Source of the DNA: an uncultured Acidobacteriota bacterium | Lineage (GTDB): Bacteria; Acidobacteriota; UBA6911 | Assembly: GCA_963827655.1 (NCBI GenBank) | Contig: CAWHCF010000046.1 | Coordinates: forward strand, 113,321-177,320 | Length of the DNA stretch: 64,000 nucleotides | Reading direction: 5' to 3' | Shown: piece after piece, positions 30,528 to 41,545 of the stretch | Layout of the letters: the number at the start of each line of letters is the position of its first letter | How positions within the stretch are numbered: position 1 is the stretch's first letter | The notes under the pieces: model-generated | Database searches by the model: none | The model's input: the letters and a program-made list of their open reading frames with translations, nothing else | Told to the model about the DNA's origin: nothing | Program-made: the position numbers and the translations under genes

Positions 30528-31550
30528 ATGCGAATGGAGAACGAAGAACAACTTGAGGAATTGCTGGCGCGGCCGAGCGACGCCGATCAGGATCTGATGC
30601 GGCGGCTGAGCGGAGACGTGATCGTGGTCGGCGCCGGAGGAAAGATGGGACCCTCCCTGGTTCGACGGGTCCGCCGCGCCGCCGATGCTGCGCCGGTCAA
30701 GCGCCGCGTCCTTGCGGTGTCTCGTTTTTCATCGCCGGCGGCCCGCAAAGACTTGGAGCGCGAGGGGATCGAGACTATTGCTTGCGACCTGCTGGATGCG
30801 CAGCAGGTGGCGAAGCTGCCCGAGTGCGAAAACGTTTTCTTTCTTGCCGGAAGAAAATTTGGTTCGTCGGATCGCTCCGACTTGACCTGGGCGACCAACG
30901 TCCTCGCGGTGACTCACGTTGCCGGCAGGTTTCGCTCTTCGCGCATCGTGGTTTTTTCAACAGGAAATGTCTATCCTCTGGTTCCGCTGGACTCGGGGGG
31001 CTCGCTCGAGAGCGATGCGCCCGACCCGCACGGGGAGTATGCCCAATCGGCGCTGGGGCGTGAACGCCTCGCCGAATATTTCTCGCGCGAGTTTGGAACG
31101 CGCTGTCTGTTGTTCCGTCTGAACTATGCGGTGGATCTCCGCTACGGCGTGCTGGTCGACATTGGCCGCCAGGTCTATGAGAAGCGGCCGGTCGACCTGA
31201 CCATCCCCCGGCTCAACGCCATCTGGCAGGGTGATGCAAACTCATATGCTTTGCGCAGCCTCGAACTATGCGCGTCTCCTCCGGAAATCCTTAACGTGAC
31301 TGGACCCGAATGTATCTCGGTTCGGGAGGCGGCTGAGTTCTTTGCTCAGAGGTTTGCGCTTGCAGTCTCGTTTCGCGGTACGGAATCTCCGGTCGCCTTG
31401 CTTAGCAACGCCTCGCGGTGTCATAGACTCCTGGGACCGCCGCAGATCCAGCTCGAGCAACTTCTTGAAATGGTGGCTCACTGGATCGAGATCGGCGGCG
31501 CCAGCCTGAACAAACCGACAAAATTCGAAGTTACCGATGGAAAATATTGA
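30528..31550 (+). CDS. NAD-dependent epimerase/dehydratase
   Basis: GAGGKMG, FSTGNVY, GEYAQS and RLNYAVDLRYG motifs. Confidence 0.88.
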   Translation: MRMENEEQLEELLARPSDADQDLMRRLSGDVIVVGAGGKMGPSLVRRVRRAADAAPVKRRVLAVSRFSSPAARKDLEREGIETIACDLLDAQQVAKLPECENVFFLAGRKFGSSDRSDLTWATNVLAVTHVAGRFRSSRIVVFSTGNVYPLVPLDSGGSLESDAPDPHGEYAQSALGRERLAEYFSREFGTRCLLFRLNYAVDLRYGVLVDIGRQVYEKRPVDLTIPRLNAIWQGDANSYALRSLELCASPPEILNVTGPECISVREAAEFFAQRFALAVSFRGTESPVALLSNASRCHRLLGPPQIQLEQLLEMVAHWIEIGGASLNKPTKFEVTDGKY

Positions 31551-32598
31551 GCTGCGCGAGATCCTGCGCAAGGGGATCGTGATTCCGGCGCATCCGCTGG
31601 CGCTCACCGCCGAACGCCGGCTCGACGAGCGCCGGCAGGTGGCGCTGACCCGCTACTATTGCGAGGCCGGGGCCGGCGGTCTGGCCGTCGGAGTTCACAC
31701 GACGCAATTCGCCATTCGCGACCCGAAGGTAGGATTGTTAAAACGGGTGTTGCGGCTGGCAATCGAGACTGCTTGCGAGTACGAGAACCGCCGGAACGTC
31801 CGCCTGGCCAAAGTGGCCGGGATCTGTGGCGCTACGCCGCAGGCCATTGCCGAGGCCGAGCTTGCAGTCGAGCTTGGCTACGATGCGGGACTGCTCAGCC
31901 TGGGAGCGTTGCGCGAAGCTACGGTCCCGGAACTGATCCGGCATTGCCGGGAAGTAGCCAGGCTGATACCGCTGTTCGGATTCTACTTGCAGCCGGCTGC
32001 GGGCGGGCGCGTGCTTGAACATTGCTTCTGGCGCGAGTTCCTGGAAATCGAGAACGTCGCGGCCATCAAAGTCGCACCCTTCAACCGCTACCAGACGCTG
32101 GACGTAGTACGCGCCCTTGCCGAGAGCGGGCGCCAGCGGGAGGTGTCCCTCTATACGGGAAACGATGACAACATCGTGACGGACCTGTTGGCCGACTATC
32201 GCGTCTCCGGAACCAGCGGCGATGAATCGATTGGTTTTTCGGGCGGACTTCTAGGGCATTGGGCGGTGTGGACTCGCCGCGCCGTCGAGTTGCTCGAACT
32301 CATCCAGGAGTGCCGGCGCAACGGCGGGCAGAATGCGCTGGATCTGCTGGGCCAAGCGGCTGAAGTCACCGACGCCAACGCCGCGTTCTTCGACCCGTCG
32401 CACCAGTTCGCGGGATGCATTGCCGGAATCCACGAAGTGCTGCGGCGCCAGGGCCTGCTGGCCGGACGCTGGTGTCTGGATCCGAACGAAGATCTTTCCC
32501 CAGGCCAGATGGACGAGATCGATCGCGTCTATTCAAGCTATCCGCACCTGAACGACGACGCGTTTGTCGCGGAAAACCTGCAGCGATGGTTGAGTTGA
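31537..32598 (+). CDS. Dihydrodipicolinate synthase family aldolase
   Basis: [24 protein letters not shown] and [10 protein letters not shown] (Schiff-base Lys). Confidence 0.88.
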   Translation: MENIELREILRKGIVIPAHPLALTAERRLDERRQVALTRYYCEAGAGGLAVGVHTTQFAIRDPKVGLLKRVLRLAIETACEYENRRNVRLAKVAGICGATPQAIAEAELAVELGYDAGLLSLGALREATVPELIRHCREVARLIPLFGFYLQPAAGGRVLEHCFWREFLEIENVAAIKVAPFNRYQTLDVVRALAESGRQREVSLYTGNDDNIVTDLLADYRVSGTSGDESIGFSGGLLGHWAVWTRRAVELLELIQECRRNGGQNALDLLGQAAEVTDANAAFFDPSHQFAGCIAGIHEVLRRQGLLAGRWCLDPNEDLSPGQMDEIDRVYSSYPHLNDDAFVAENLQRWLS

Positions 32599-32656
32599 CC
32601 AGGCGAAGCCTTCCGCTCGCGCTGGCAAGAGGTGCTCGATCGTCTGTTTGAGGCGT

Positions 32657-32743
32657 AAATTCGGTGGCAGGCTTCAATTGCGTGACAAAACCCGATCTTT
32701 GGGCCTCTCTTAACCACGCAATTTGGTGCCTGTCACCGAATTT
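32657..32743. repeat. Inverted pair of REP-like family B palindromes
   Basis: aaattcggtggcaggcttcaatt ... atttggtgcctgtcaccgaattt; related copies at 41524 and 44244. Confidence 0.7.
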
Positions 32744-32759
32744 CGAAAGGCAAGCGATC

Positions 32760-33718
32760 CTAGCCGAAGGCCTCGCGCAGCGTTGCCAGGCTTTTGGGAC
32801 CGCGGTTTCTGCCGGCTCCTTCCCCTCCATTTCCAGCGATACATAACCGCGGAAGCCGGCCTTCCGGAGTATCCCGGCTATGCGTTTGTAGTCGAGGTCG
32901 AGAGTGTACCAGACTCCACCCCCATGGTAGGTCTTGGCTTGCACGATGGTGGCGTGCGGGGCCAGTTTTTCGATCTGGGAATAGACATCCCCGTAATTTT
33001 TGGCGAAGTTGCCGGTGTCCATGTTGATCCTGAGCCAGGGAGAGTTAACCGCCTGAAATATCCGCAGGAGATCTTCCGGCCGGGTCGACAGGCCCCAATG
33101 ATTCTCGAGCGCCATGACGACGCCCGCTTCCTCGGCCGCAGGAATGCATTTTTCGATCGAGTCGATGCACCACTTGAAGGCGTCTTCGTTGGTATGCCCT
33201 GGCAACGGAGGCTCGGTACCCCCGGCCGCCATCAGCTCATCAAAGGACTTGATCGTATTCCAACGCCCCGTGTTGAGCCGAATACAGGGAATACCGAACT
33301 GTGAGGCCAGATTGATGCAGTGTTTCGTGTGATCGATGTCCTTCTGCCGCTCCGCAGCTTCCGGGGATACGAAATCCTGGTGGATGGAGAGCATGATCAG
33401 GTCCAGCCCGTTCGCGAATGCCAGCCGTTTGAGTTTGTGGATGTAAGATTTCGATTCGTCGGCCATTTGCCGATGCAGGATCTCGACGCCATCGAACCCG
33501 AGGCGCGCGGCCTCTTCTATAACCTTCTCAACAGGAAACTTTTCTTTCGTGAAGTGCCAGTAGGAATACGTTGAAACGCCAATAGGGATCCTTGGCGACG
33601 ACGGAGGTGGCGATGGAGTGGCGGCCTTTGCGTCATGGAGCCCGTCTCGGGCGCAGACAGTGGTGACCAACGCGGCGGCAGGAGAGGATTTCAGAAATTG
33701 ACGTCGGGATTGAAACAT
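32760..33718 (-). CDS. Tat-exported sugar phosphate isomerase/epimerase (xylose isomerase-like TIM barrel), C-terminal frameshift
   Basis: SRRQFLK Tat motif, GFDGVE, ALENHWG, MDTGNF and SLEMEG; adding one A in a poly-A run restores [12 protein letters not shown]. Confidence 0.87.
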
Positions 33719-34292
33719 GGCTTGTTTCCTCCGTTGTTGGATTTGAGAACCTCGGGTTGCCTCCGGACCGGCTGGCCTCGTGGCTTTCTTCTATCATGAC
33801 CAGTCGAGAGATCTCAAACGACTTTGTTGGCGGCAAACGAGTGTGATTGGAAGTGCGACTTGATTCGAGAAGCGTCTTCGTCCCTTCCGGACGAAAGCTG
33901 AGTCGGATTCCAATCGTATTCTCGCGAGCGTAGACCGGTCGTAAACCTTACACGCAAGCCGGCGCCGACCTGATTTTTTGTGTGCTGCGCTTGCGGCGCT
34001 CGTCATAACTGGTAATTTAATCCCGGCTTTACGAGACTGTCGCAAAACTCGCCCGGTTCATGTGCGGACGGGCTATCCAGTCGAAGGCTAACGTGCGTTT
34101 CCACACGAGTCAAAAACTCGCGAGTAGCGGTTTTAATCTCGGGGTACTGTGGCAGTGAAAGCGCGCCGCCGCTACCTCGCCTCGCAGGTCCTGCGGATCT
34201 AGCCCGAAAACGGCCTTCGTCGCCGGTCCTCGCCAGGTCCGAAAGACTACGTCACCCTCGATGGGACGAATCGGCGGCCGAGGCAGAGCGTC

Positions 34293-34793
34293 CTACCATT
34301 CCCCCTCGTCGGCCGTGGGTCCGTAGATGGCTGGCACAGGCACGTCGTTCATCCGCAGATACACTGTGAGTTGACCGCGATGATGGATCATGTGATTCAT
34401 GACAAAGCTTCGCAGTACGACAATTCGCGGCAGCGAGAACAGTTTTTTGCCGCCTTTCAGCAATGTCCAGGGGTTCATGAGATGTTGATCGCTGGCTCCG
34501 GCGATGGCCCCACGGGCGCCGGCCACATTCTTGTCGAAGAGCTGTACCAGTTCCTTCGCCGTTGACGCAGCCGGATGCGGCGGAGCCGGGCCCAGCAGGT
34601 CGAGGGAATCCTGCGCAATCGTGGTCGCCCCCCAGCCCGGAAGAATCGCCAGGAACGTCGCAAGCTCACCCAAATTCCATGATTTCGGGTGAGGCTTCCA
34701 ATCGAACTTGTCCCCTGGCACGCGCTCGAGGGTCCTCCAGGTGTTAGCCATCTCCTGATCGAACTCGAGTAAGAGAGCTTCGCTAAGAGCCAT
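34293..34793 (-). CDS. DinB family protein
   Basis: WKPHPKS and NHMIHHRGQLTVYLR..VPAIYGP motifs. Confidence 0.9.
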   Translation of the reverse strand: MALSEALLLEFDQEMANTWRTLERVPGDKFDWKPHPKSWNLGELATFLAILPGWGATTIAQDSLDLLGPAPPHPAASTAKELVQLFDKNVAGARGAIAGASDQHLMNPWTLLKGGKKLFSLPRIVVLRSFVMNHMIHHRGQLTVYLRMNDVPVPAIYGPTADEGEW

Positions 34794-34829
34794 CACTACC
34801 TCCGTTTAGTTTGGTGCGCTTAAACTAAG

Positions 34830-34873
34830 GTCTTGGTGTTTCGTTCTAGTGTCTTCGTGTCCTGGTGGTATTT
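34830..34873. repeat. REP-like family A half copy
   Basis: tcttggtgttt..gtgtcttcgtgtcctggtggtattt. Confidence 0.65.
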
Positions 34874-34874
34874 C

Positions 34875-35910
34875 CTAGTTTGCATCACGCCAGTTCAATA
34901 TGACCTTTGCCGGATTGGCCTGACGTCACGATCTCGAATGCTTTCTGGAATTCGGTATAGTGAAACCGGTGCGTGATCACGGGGCAGATGTCGAGACCGC
35001 TCTGGAGCATTACCGTCATCTTGTACCAGGTCTCATACATTTCCCTGCCGTAGATACCTTTGATCGTGAGCATCTTGAAAACGACCGTATTCCAGTCGAT
35101 TGCCATTTCCTTTTCGGGGATGCCGAGCATGGCGATCCTGGCGCCGTGACTCATGTTTGCCAGCATGGCGCGAAAAGCGGAGGCGTGCCCCGACATCTCG
35201 AGGCCAACGTCGAATCCCTCCTTCATGCCGAGCTGCTTCTGCACCTCCTTCAAGTCAGACTCCTGTCCGTTGACTGCGAGCGTGACCCCCATTTTTTTGG
35301 CCAGCTCCAGCCGGTACGGATTGACATCCGTGATGACGACAAACCGGGCTCCGGCATGCCGCACGACGGCGGCTGCCATCATGCCGATCGGCCCCGCGCC
35401 TGTGATCAGGACGTCTTCACCCAGGACGGGGAAGGATAACGCTGTGTGGACGGCGTTGCCGAACGGATCAAAAATCGAGGCGATATCGCGATTGATCGAA
35501 GGATGATGGTGCCAGACGTTGGTCATCGGCAGGGCCAGATACTCGGCAAAAGCTCCCGGGTGGTTGAGACCGATGCTCTGGGTGTCGGCGCAAAGATGCC
35601 GGCGTCCGGCGAGGCAATTCCGGCAGCGCCCGCAGACGACGTGGCCTTCGCCGCTCACGATGTCACCGGGGAAGAAATCCACTACGTTCGAGCCCACCTC
35701 GACGATTTCCCCCACGAATTCGTGCCCGATGACCATGGGGATAGGAATGGTTTGCTGCGCCCAGGCGTCCCACTTGTAAATATGCAGATCGGTGCCGCAG
35801 ATGCCCGTGCGATCGACTCGAATCAACACATCGTTCAGGCCGATGCCGGGCAATGGCACATCTTCGAGCCACAGGCCGGGTTCCGCCTTGCTTTTGACGA
35901 GCGCTTTCAT
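34875..35910 (-). CDS. tdh: L-threonine 3-dehydrogenase (1-nt insertion near the C-terminus)
   Basis: [31 protein letters not shown], Zn cysteines and [15 protein letters not shown]. Confidence 0.95.
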
Positions 35911-36023
35911 GGCAGTTGCAGACCAGGTCGCGGGACCCAGTATACACGAGTGAGAATGATTGTGATTGCTCGGGGCCGCACTAACCACAAGATACGAAGA
36001 GCGGTTGTTCGAGTTCCCTCTCT

Positions 36024-38743
36024 TCACTCGTACCGCAGCGCAACTATCGGATCCACTCTGGCTGCGAGGCGAACGGGCAAGTAAGCCGCCAGCGCGGCTG
36101 TCGCGAGCAGCACGACCATGGAGGAGGCAAGGACGGCGGGATCGTTGGCGGTCAAACCAAAAAGCATGCTGGTCAGGAAGTTACCGACGGCATGGGAGAC
36201 AATCAAGCCCACGAACGCTCCGATCAGGACCGGCCGCGCCGCCTCCCCCATCAGCAGGCGAAACACATCGCTCCGCTGCGCCCCGAGAGCCATTCGGATT
36301 CCGATCTCACTCGTCTTCTGCGCCACAAGATAAGCGAGCGTGCCGTAAATCCCGAGGGCGGCGAGCACCAGGGCCAGTCCACCAAAAAAGCTCGACAGCG
36401 TAGCGACCAGTCTCTCCTGCACCAGGCCGCCTTCCAGCTGTGCTTCAGCTGTCTTGATCTCGCGCGTGGGAATGTCGCGGTTCACTTCCAGCAGAGCCTG
36501 GCGGACACTCGCCGTGATCACCGCGGGATTCACGTCGGTGCGGATCTGCAGCGTCATGTAAGGTTGAGCGTATTGAAGCGACGGAAGGTAAATCATGCGC
36601 GCAGGCGCCTCGCGCAGATCGCCTCGCTTTGAATCTCTGACCAGCCCGACGATTTCGATCGGCGGGGCGTCTGGCTGGCGGCCGATCCGAACTATTCTCC
36701 CTATGGGATCGGTTTCGGCGAAGTAGAACCGCGCCAGCGTCTCGTTGACCACGGCGACCTTCGGCGCGCCGGCGTCATCCTGCGAAGTGAACTCGCGGCC
36801 TCTCAGGAGGGGAGTGCCCATCGTTTCAAAATAGGCGGCCGAGACATGGTTCAGATGAACCACATGATCATCCAAAGTGCGCCCGGCAAATCCGGGAACG
36901 CTAAGGAACCGCGTAGAATCGTCGCCGCTCAACGGCATGAGCGAGGACATGCCGGCCGCGCGAACACCGGGCAGGCTTTTGACGCGCTCGAGCGCGTCTC
37001 TATAAAACGCCACCAGGCGCGCGCGATCATAGCCGGTCCCATGGTGATCGAAGTTTACCAACAACAGGTTCTCGACCCGAAATCCGGCATTCAGCGCCGT
37101 GATATTGCGGAGGCTGAAGGCGAACGAGGTTGCGGCGATTACCAGGCACAGCGACAGCGCAACCTGGGCCGCAACCAGTATCCGGCCCGACTGCCGTCGC
37201 CCGCTTAACCCGGCAGATGCAGACGTTCTCCTTGAGAGCCGGAGTCAAGTCAATCCGGGAACTCCGCAGCGCCGGCATGAGCCCGACGACCATTCCGGTC
37301 AGCAGCGACACCGCCGCGGTGAAGGCCAGCAATCGTGGGTCGGGATGAACGGTGAGCGCCACCGGAATGGGTCCGCTGGAGATGAACGCGACCAGCAAGT
37401 TGCTGCCCCACCAGCCAAACAACAATCCGGCTGCGCCACCGAGCGCGGCCAGCACGACGCCTTCGGTGAGAAGTTGGCGGACCAGACGCCCCCGCGAAGC
37501 GCCAATTGCCAACCGCACGGCCATCTCCTTGCGTCGGCCCGCCGATCTTGCGAGCAGCAGGTTGGCGATGTTCGCGCAGGCTATCAGGAGCACCAGTCCG
37601 ACGATCCCTGTCAGCACCAGGAGCGGTTTGGAGAACCGGAGGCGGAGCGCGTCGAGCCCCTTGTTGCCGGCCTGCAGTTCGGTCCGAGCCAGGCTGTCGC
37701 GGATTACCCCCTCGGGAAGTTTGTTCTCGTTTACCCACTGCGGCAGCAGGGCGTCGATGTCGGCTCGCGCCTGTTCGGCGGGCACGCCCGGCTTCAGCCG
37801 TCCCATGATGTGCAGAGCCCAAAACCCTCCGCTCTCGGTGAGTCGATTGCCGAACTCCGGGAGAAGCCGGGGCTGAAGCGTGAGCGGCACCGACACGTCC
37901 ACCGGGCTTCCGGCCTCGAGACCGAGGAAATCCGGCGGAGTCACGCCAACGATCGTGAGCGGCGTCCCGTTGACCACCAGCGTTTTGCCGACCACGCCCG
38001 GGTCGGCGCCGAAGTTCCGCTGCCAGAACCGGTGGCTGATCACGGCGATCGCCGGGTCGGCGCCCTCGTCAGCCGCCAACGTGCGACCAATCGATGCATT
38101 CACACCGAGCACCGAGAAATAGTTGTTCGTGACGAACTGACCGGCCACGCTCTGCGTTCCGGTGTCTGTTCGAACCTTGAGGTCGATCGGCCAGAAGGCG
38201 AACAATCCTGCCAGCGATTGATTCCGATCCCGCAGGAACTCGTACAGCGGATAATTGGACCCGCGAGACGGCGCGCCCTTTCCCGCATGAGCGAAGATTA
38301 CCAGTTGCTCCGGATTTCGAACCGGCAGCAGCTTGAGCAGCACGGCATCGACCAGGCTGAAGATGGCGGTGTTGGCGCCGATCCCTAGAGCCAGCGTAAG
38401 CAGCGCTACAGCCGTAAAGCCAGGATTCTCGCGCAGCCTCCGGACTGCGTAGCGCAGATCGTGCCAGAGATCGGCCATCACGTTTTTTCTCCCCGCTCCG
38501 GGAACGACGCGCTCCTGCACCTGGCGCTTCGACGCGCCGGAGTTCTTGCGTCAGCAAGTCGCGTTCACTCAACTCGGCCAGCGCTGCGTGATAGGCATCC
38601 TGTGGCATTGCGCCGCCGGCCTTCAGCTCTTCGTAGCGATCTTCGAGATGCTGGGCCAGCTCCTCGACAATCTCGGCCTCACGCGTCGGCTCGAGCTTCA
38701 AGCTCGCCAGCCGTCTTTGGATCTCTTTCTTCCACTCAGGCAT
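36024..38743 (-). CDS. ADOP-family (MacB/FtsX duplicated) ABC permease 3, two frameshifts
   Basis: Prefix domain [40 protein letters not shown] and [10 protein letters not shown]. Confidence 0.88.
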
Positions 38744-38801
38744 CTTCAATCCTTCAGGGAATAGCTCGATCACGAATGGTGCCGATACTGGCGTGGTTTT
38801 T

Positions 38802-38829
38802 AATCCGCAATCTGCAATCCGCAATCGAA
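38802..38829. repeat. AATCCGC heptamer tandem repeat
   Basis: aatccgc aatctgc aatccgc aatcgaa. Confidence 0.7.
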
Positions 38830-41506
38830 TTACTCGTACCTCAGCGCGGCCATGGGATCGACGCGCGTGGCCCGTCGCGCCGGGACGTAGCACGCGACGA
38901 AGGCAACCGCAGAGAGAAACAGGGCCGCGGCCCCGAAGGTCAACAGGTCCATCGGTTCGACGCCAAACAGCAGCCGCTCCAGGAAGCGCGTGACTCCCAT
39001 GCGCGCTTACCAGCCCTATCCCAACGCCCAGCAAGGCGAGCAGCATCCCCTGTCCTATCACGAGCCGGAAAACGTCCCCGGGCTGTGCGCCCATCGCCAT
39101 GCGCACGCCGATCTCATGCGTTCGCTGAGTGACCGCATGTGCCATCACGCCATAAATTCCGACGGCGGCCAGCGCGAGGGCCACGGCGGCAAATCCTCCC
39201 AGCAGGAGCGCGTGGAAGCGCCGCTGGGCCACCGATTCGCTCACTAGCTCGGTCATCGTCTTCACCCTCGAAATGACCAGTTCCTTCTCGAGCCGGCGCA
39301 GTTCGCGCCGCGCTGCGGCGGCAAGGTTCGTCGGGTCGCCCGAAGTCCGAATCGCGAGCAGCGGGCCGCCCGGCGGACCCTGGTCGAAGTGCATGTAGAG
39401 TTCCGGGCGCGCTTCGGCGTCGAGCCCGAAGTGCTTCACGTCGCCCACGACTCCGACAATCGTGTACCAGGGCGCGTCTGAGCCTCCCGGGAGGAAGCGC
39501 ACGCGCCTGCCGATGGGATTTTCGCCAGACCAGAAGTGGCGCGCGGCGCCTTCGGTGATCACAGCCACCGGTGGCGCAGCGGCGGTGTCCCGCTCGGTGA
39601 AGACACGGCCGGTGCGCAGCGGAATTCCCATCGCCGCGAAGTAATGCGTGCTGGCGCGGCGGAATTCGATCTCGGGCTGCTCGCCCGGGGACACGGGGCG
39701 CCCTTCGATTTCGAGCGTGGTCGTGACACCCGCACCCAGCGGCAAACGGGTCACGCCCCCCGCGGAGGCTACGCCCGGCAACGCTTCCAGCCGGGCGAAC
39801 ATCTCCTTGTACAGCGCGAGGCGCTGCCCGGGCTGTGAATAAGAAGACGGCACGCTGAGCTGCATCGTCAGCACATGGTCGGAGCGGAAGCCGGGGTCCA
39901 CGTGTATCAGCCGCGCGAAGCTGCGGATCAAGAGACCGGCGCTCACCAGGAGCGCAAGAGCCAGCGCCATTTCCGCGACGGCGAGCAGATTGCGGATGCG
40001 GCTCGTCCCTCCTGTCGCAGTGGTGCGCCCGCCTTCCTTCAACGATTCCTGCAGGCTGCCTCTTGAAAGCTGCAACGCCGGCAGCAGGCCGAACACGAGG
40101 CCCGCCAGCAGCGAGACCAGCAGCGTGAACCCGAGCACGGCGCCGTCGAGCGAAATCTCGTCGACGCGCGGCAGGCCGGGCGGGCTCAGTCCTCGCAGCA
40201 AGCGGAGTCCCCAGAAGGCGCACAACAAACCGCCCGCGCCGCCCAGCAGGGCCAGTACGACACTCTCGGTCAGGAACTGGCGCACCAGGCGCAGCCGGCC
40301 CGCGCCCAGCGCCGAGCGCAGCGCGATTTCCTTTTCGCGCGCCGCGGCGCGGGCCACGAGCAGGCTGGCCACGTTGACGCATGCAATCAGCAGGACACAA
40401 CCCACGCCGGCCATCAGGACCAGCAGCGCCAGCCGGATACCGCCGACCAGCTGATCGTCGAGCGCAATTACGCGGGCGCCCAGGCCGGTGTTTGTATCGG
40501 GATACGCGCGTTCGAGCCGCCCCGCGATGCCTTCCATCTCCGCCTGGGCCTGCGCGACGGTGGCGCCCGGAGCGAGGCGCCCGACCATGCGCAGCAGGCG
40601 TACGCCGCGGCCCCGCTCCAAGAAGGGATTTTGGCTCAGCGGCGCCCACAGATCCACGTCATCGAGGAAACGGAACCCCGGCGGCATCACGCCTACGATA
40701 GGCGCGGCGCTGTTGTTGAGCGGCACGGCGCGGCCCAGGATGTTCGGATCCCCGTCGAAGTGGTTCCGCCAGAGCCGGTAACTGACAATCACCGCTGGGA
40801 CGCCGCCGGGCCGGTCTTCGTTGGCGGTGAAGCCGCGGCCTTTCAGAGGCTGCACGCCCAGCACCTGAAAGAAGGACGAGGAGACCCAGTGACCGTCCAC
40901 CTGTTCATGCCCATCGGACCCGGGCAGAACGAAGCGCCACAGCGGCGTCAGTGCCGCTGCGTCTTCCAGGCGCTGGCTCTGCGCGCGCAGGTCGAGGAAG
41001 CTCGGGTACGCTATGAAATCGTCGGGCTTCCCCTCCTTCGTATTGTTGTGCCAGACCATAACCAGGCGGTCCGGCTGGTGATACGGAAGCGGCCGGAGCA
41101 GCACGGAATTCACCACACTGAAGATGGCGCTGTTGGCGCCGATGCCCAGCGCCAGCGTCAGCAGCGCCACAAGCGTGAAGCCGGGATTCTTGATCAGGAT
41201 TCGAATGCCATAACGCAGGTCGTGCCGTAAATCTTCCATCAGGTTTCTCCGCTTGGTTCCAAGGCCTGCAGGCTCCGCCGTCACCTGGCGCTCGACGCGA
41301 CCGAATTCCTGCGCCAGCAATTCGCCGTCGCTCAACTCCAGAAGGGCCGAGACACTAGCTTCTTCTTCGGTTGCGCCGCCCGCGCGCAACTCGTCGTAGC
41401 GCTCTTCGAGATGTTGAGCCAGCTCTTCGGCGATCTCCCCCTCGCGCGTCGGCTCGAGCTTCAAGCTCGCCAGTCGCCGCCGGATCTCGTTCTTCCACTC
41501 AGGCAT
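38830..41506 (-). CDS. ADOP-family ABC permease 2, frameshift near the C-terminus
   Basis: Prefix domain, MacB_PCD/FtsX x2; corrected end [10 protein letters not shown] at 38830. Confidence 0.9.
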
Positions 41507-41545
41507 TTTTGAGTCTTCGGCAAAAATTGGTGACAGTCACTGATT

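Noticed and set aside
32366-32760. C-terminal extension of the TIM-barrel isomerase overlapping the DHDPS-like gene
   Set aside because: A single missing A in a homopolymer explains it.
33800-34290. ncRNA or gene in the 490-bp intergenic gap
   Set aside because: No convincing ORF or structure was seen, only a lone IS-end-like GAGACTGTCGCAAAA.
38069-41506. 1145-aa giant permease
   Set aside because: It arises from a frameshift near 39000 that reads through into the next gene's prefix; these are two separate ADOP genes.
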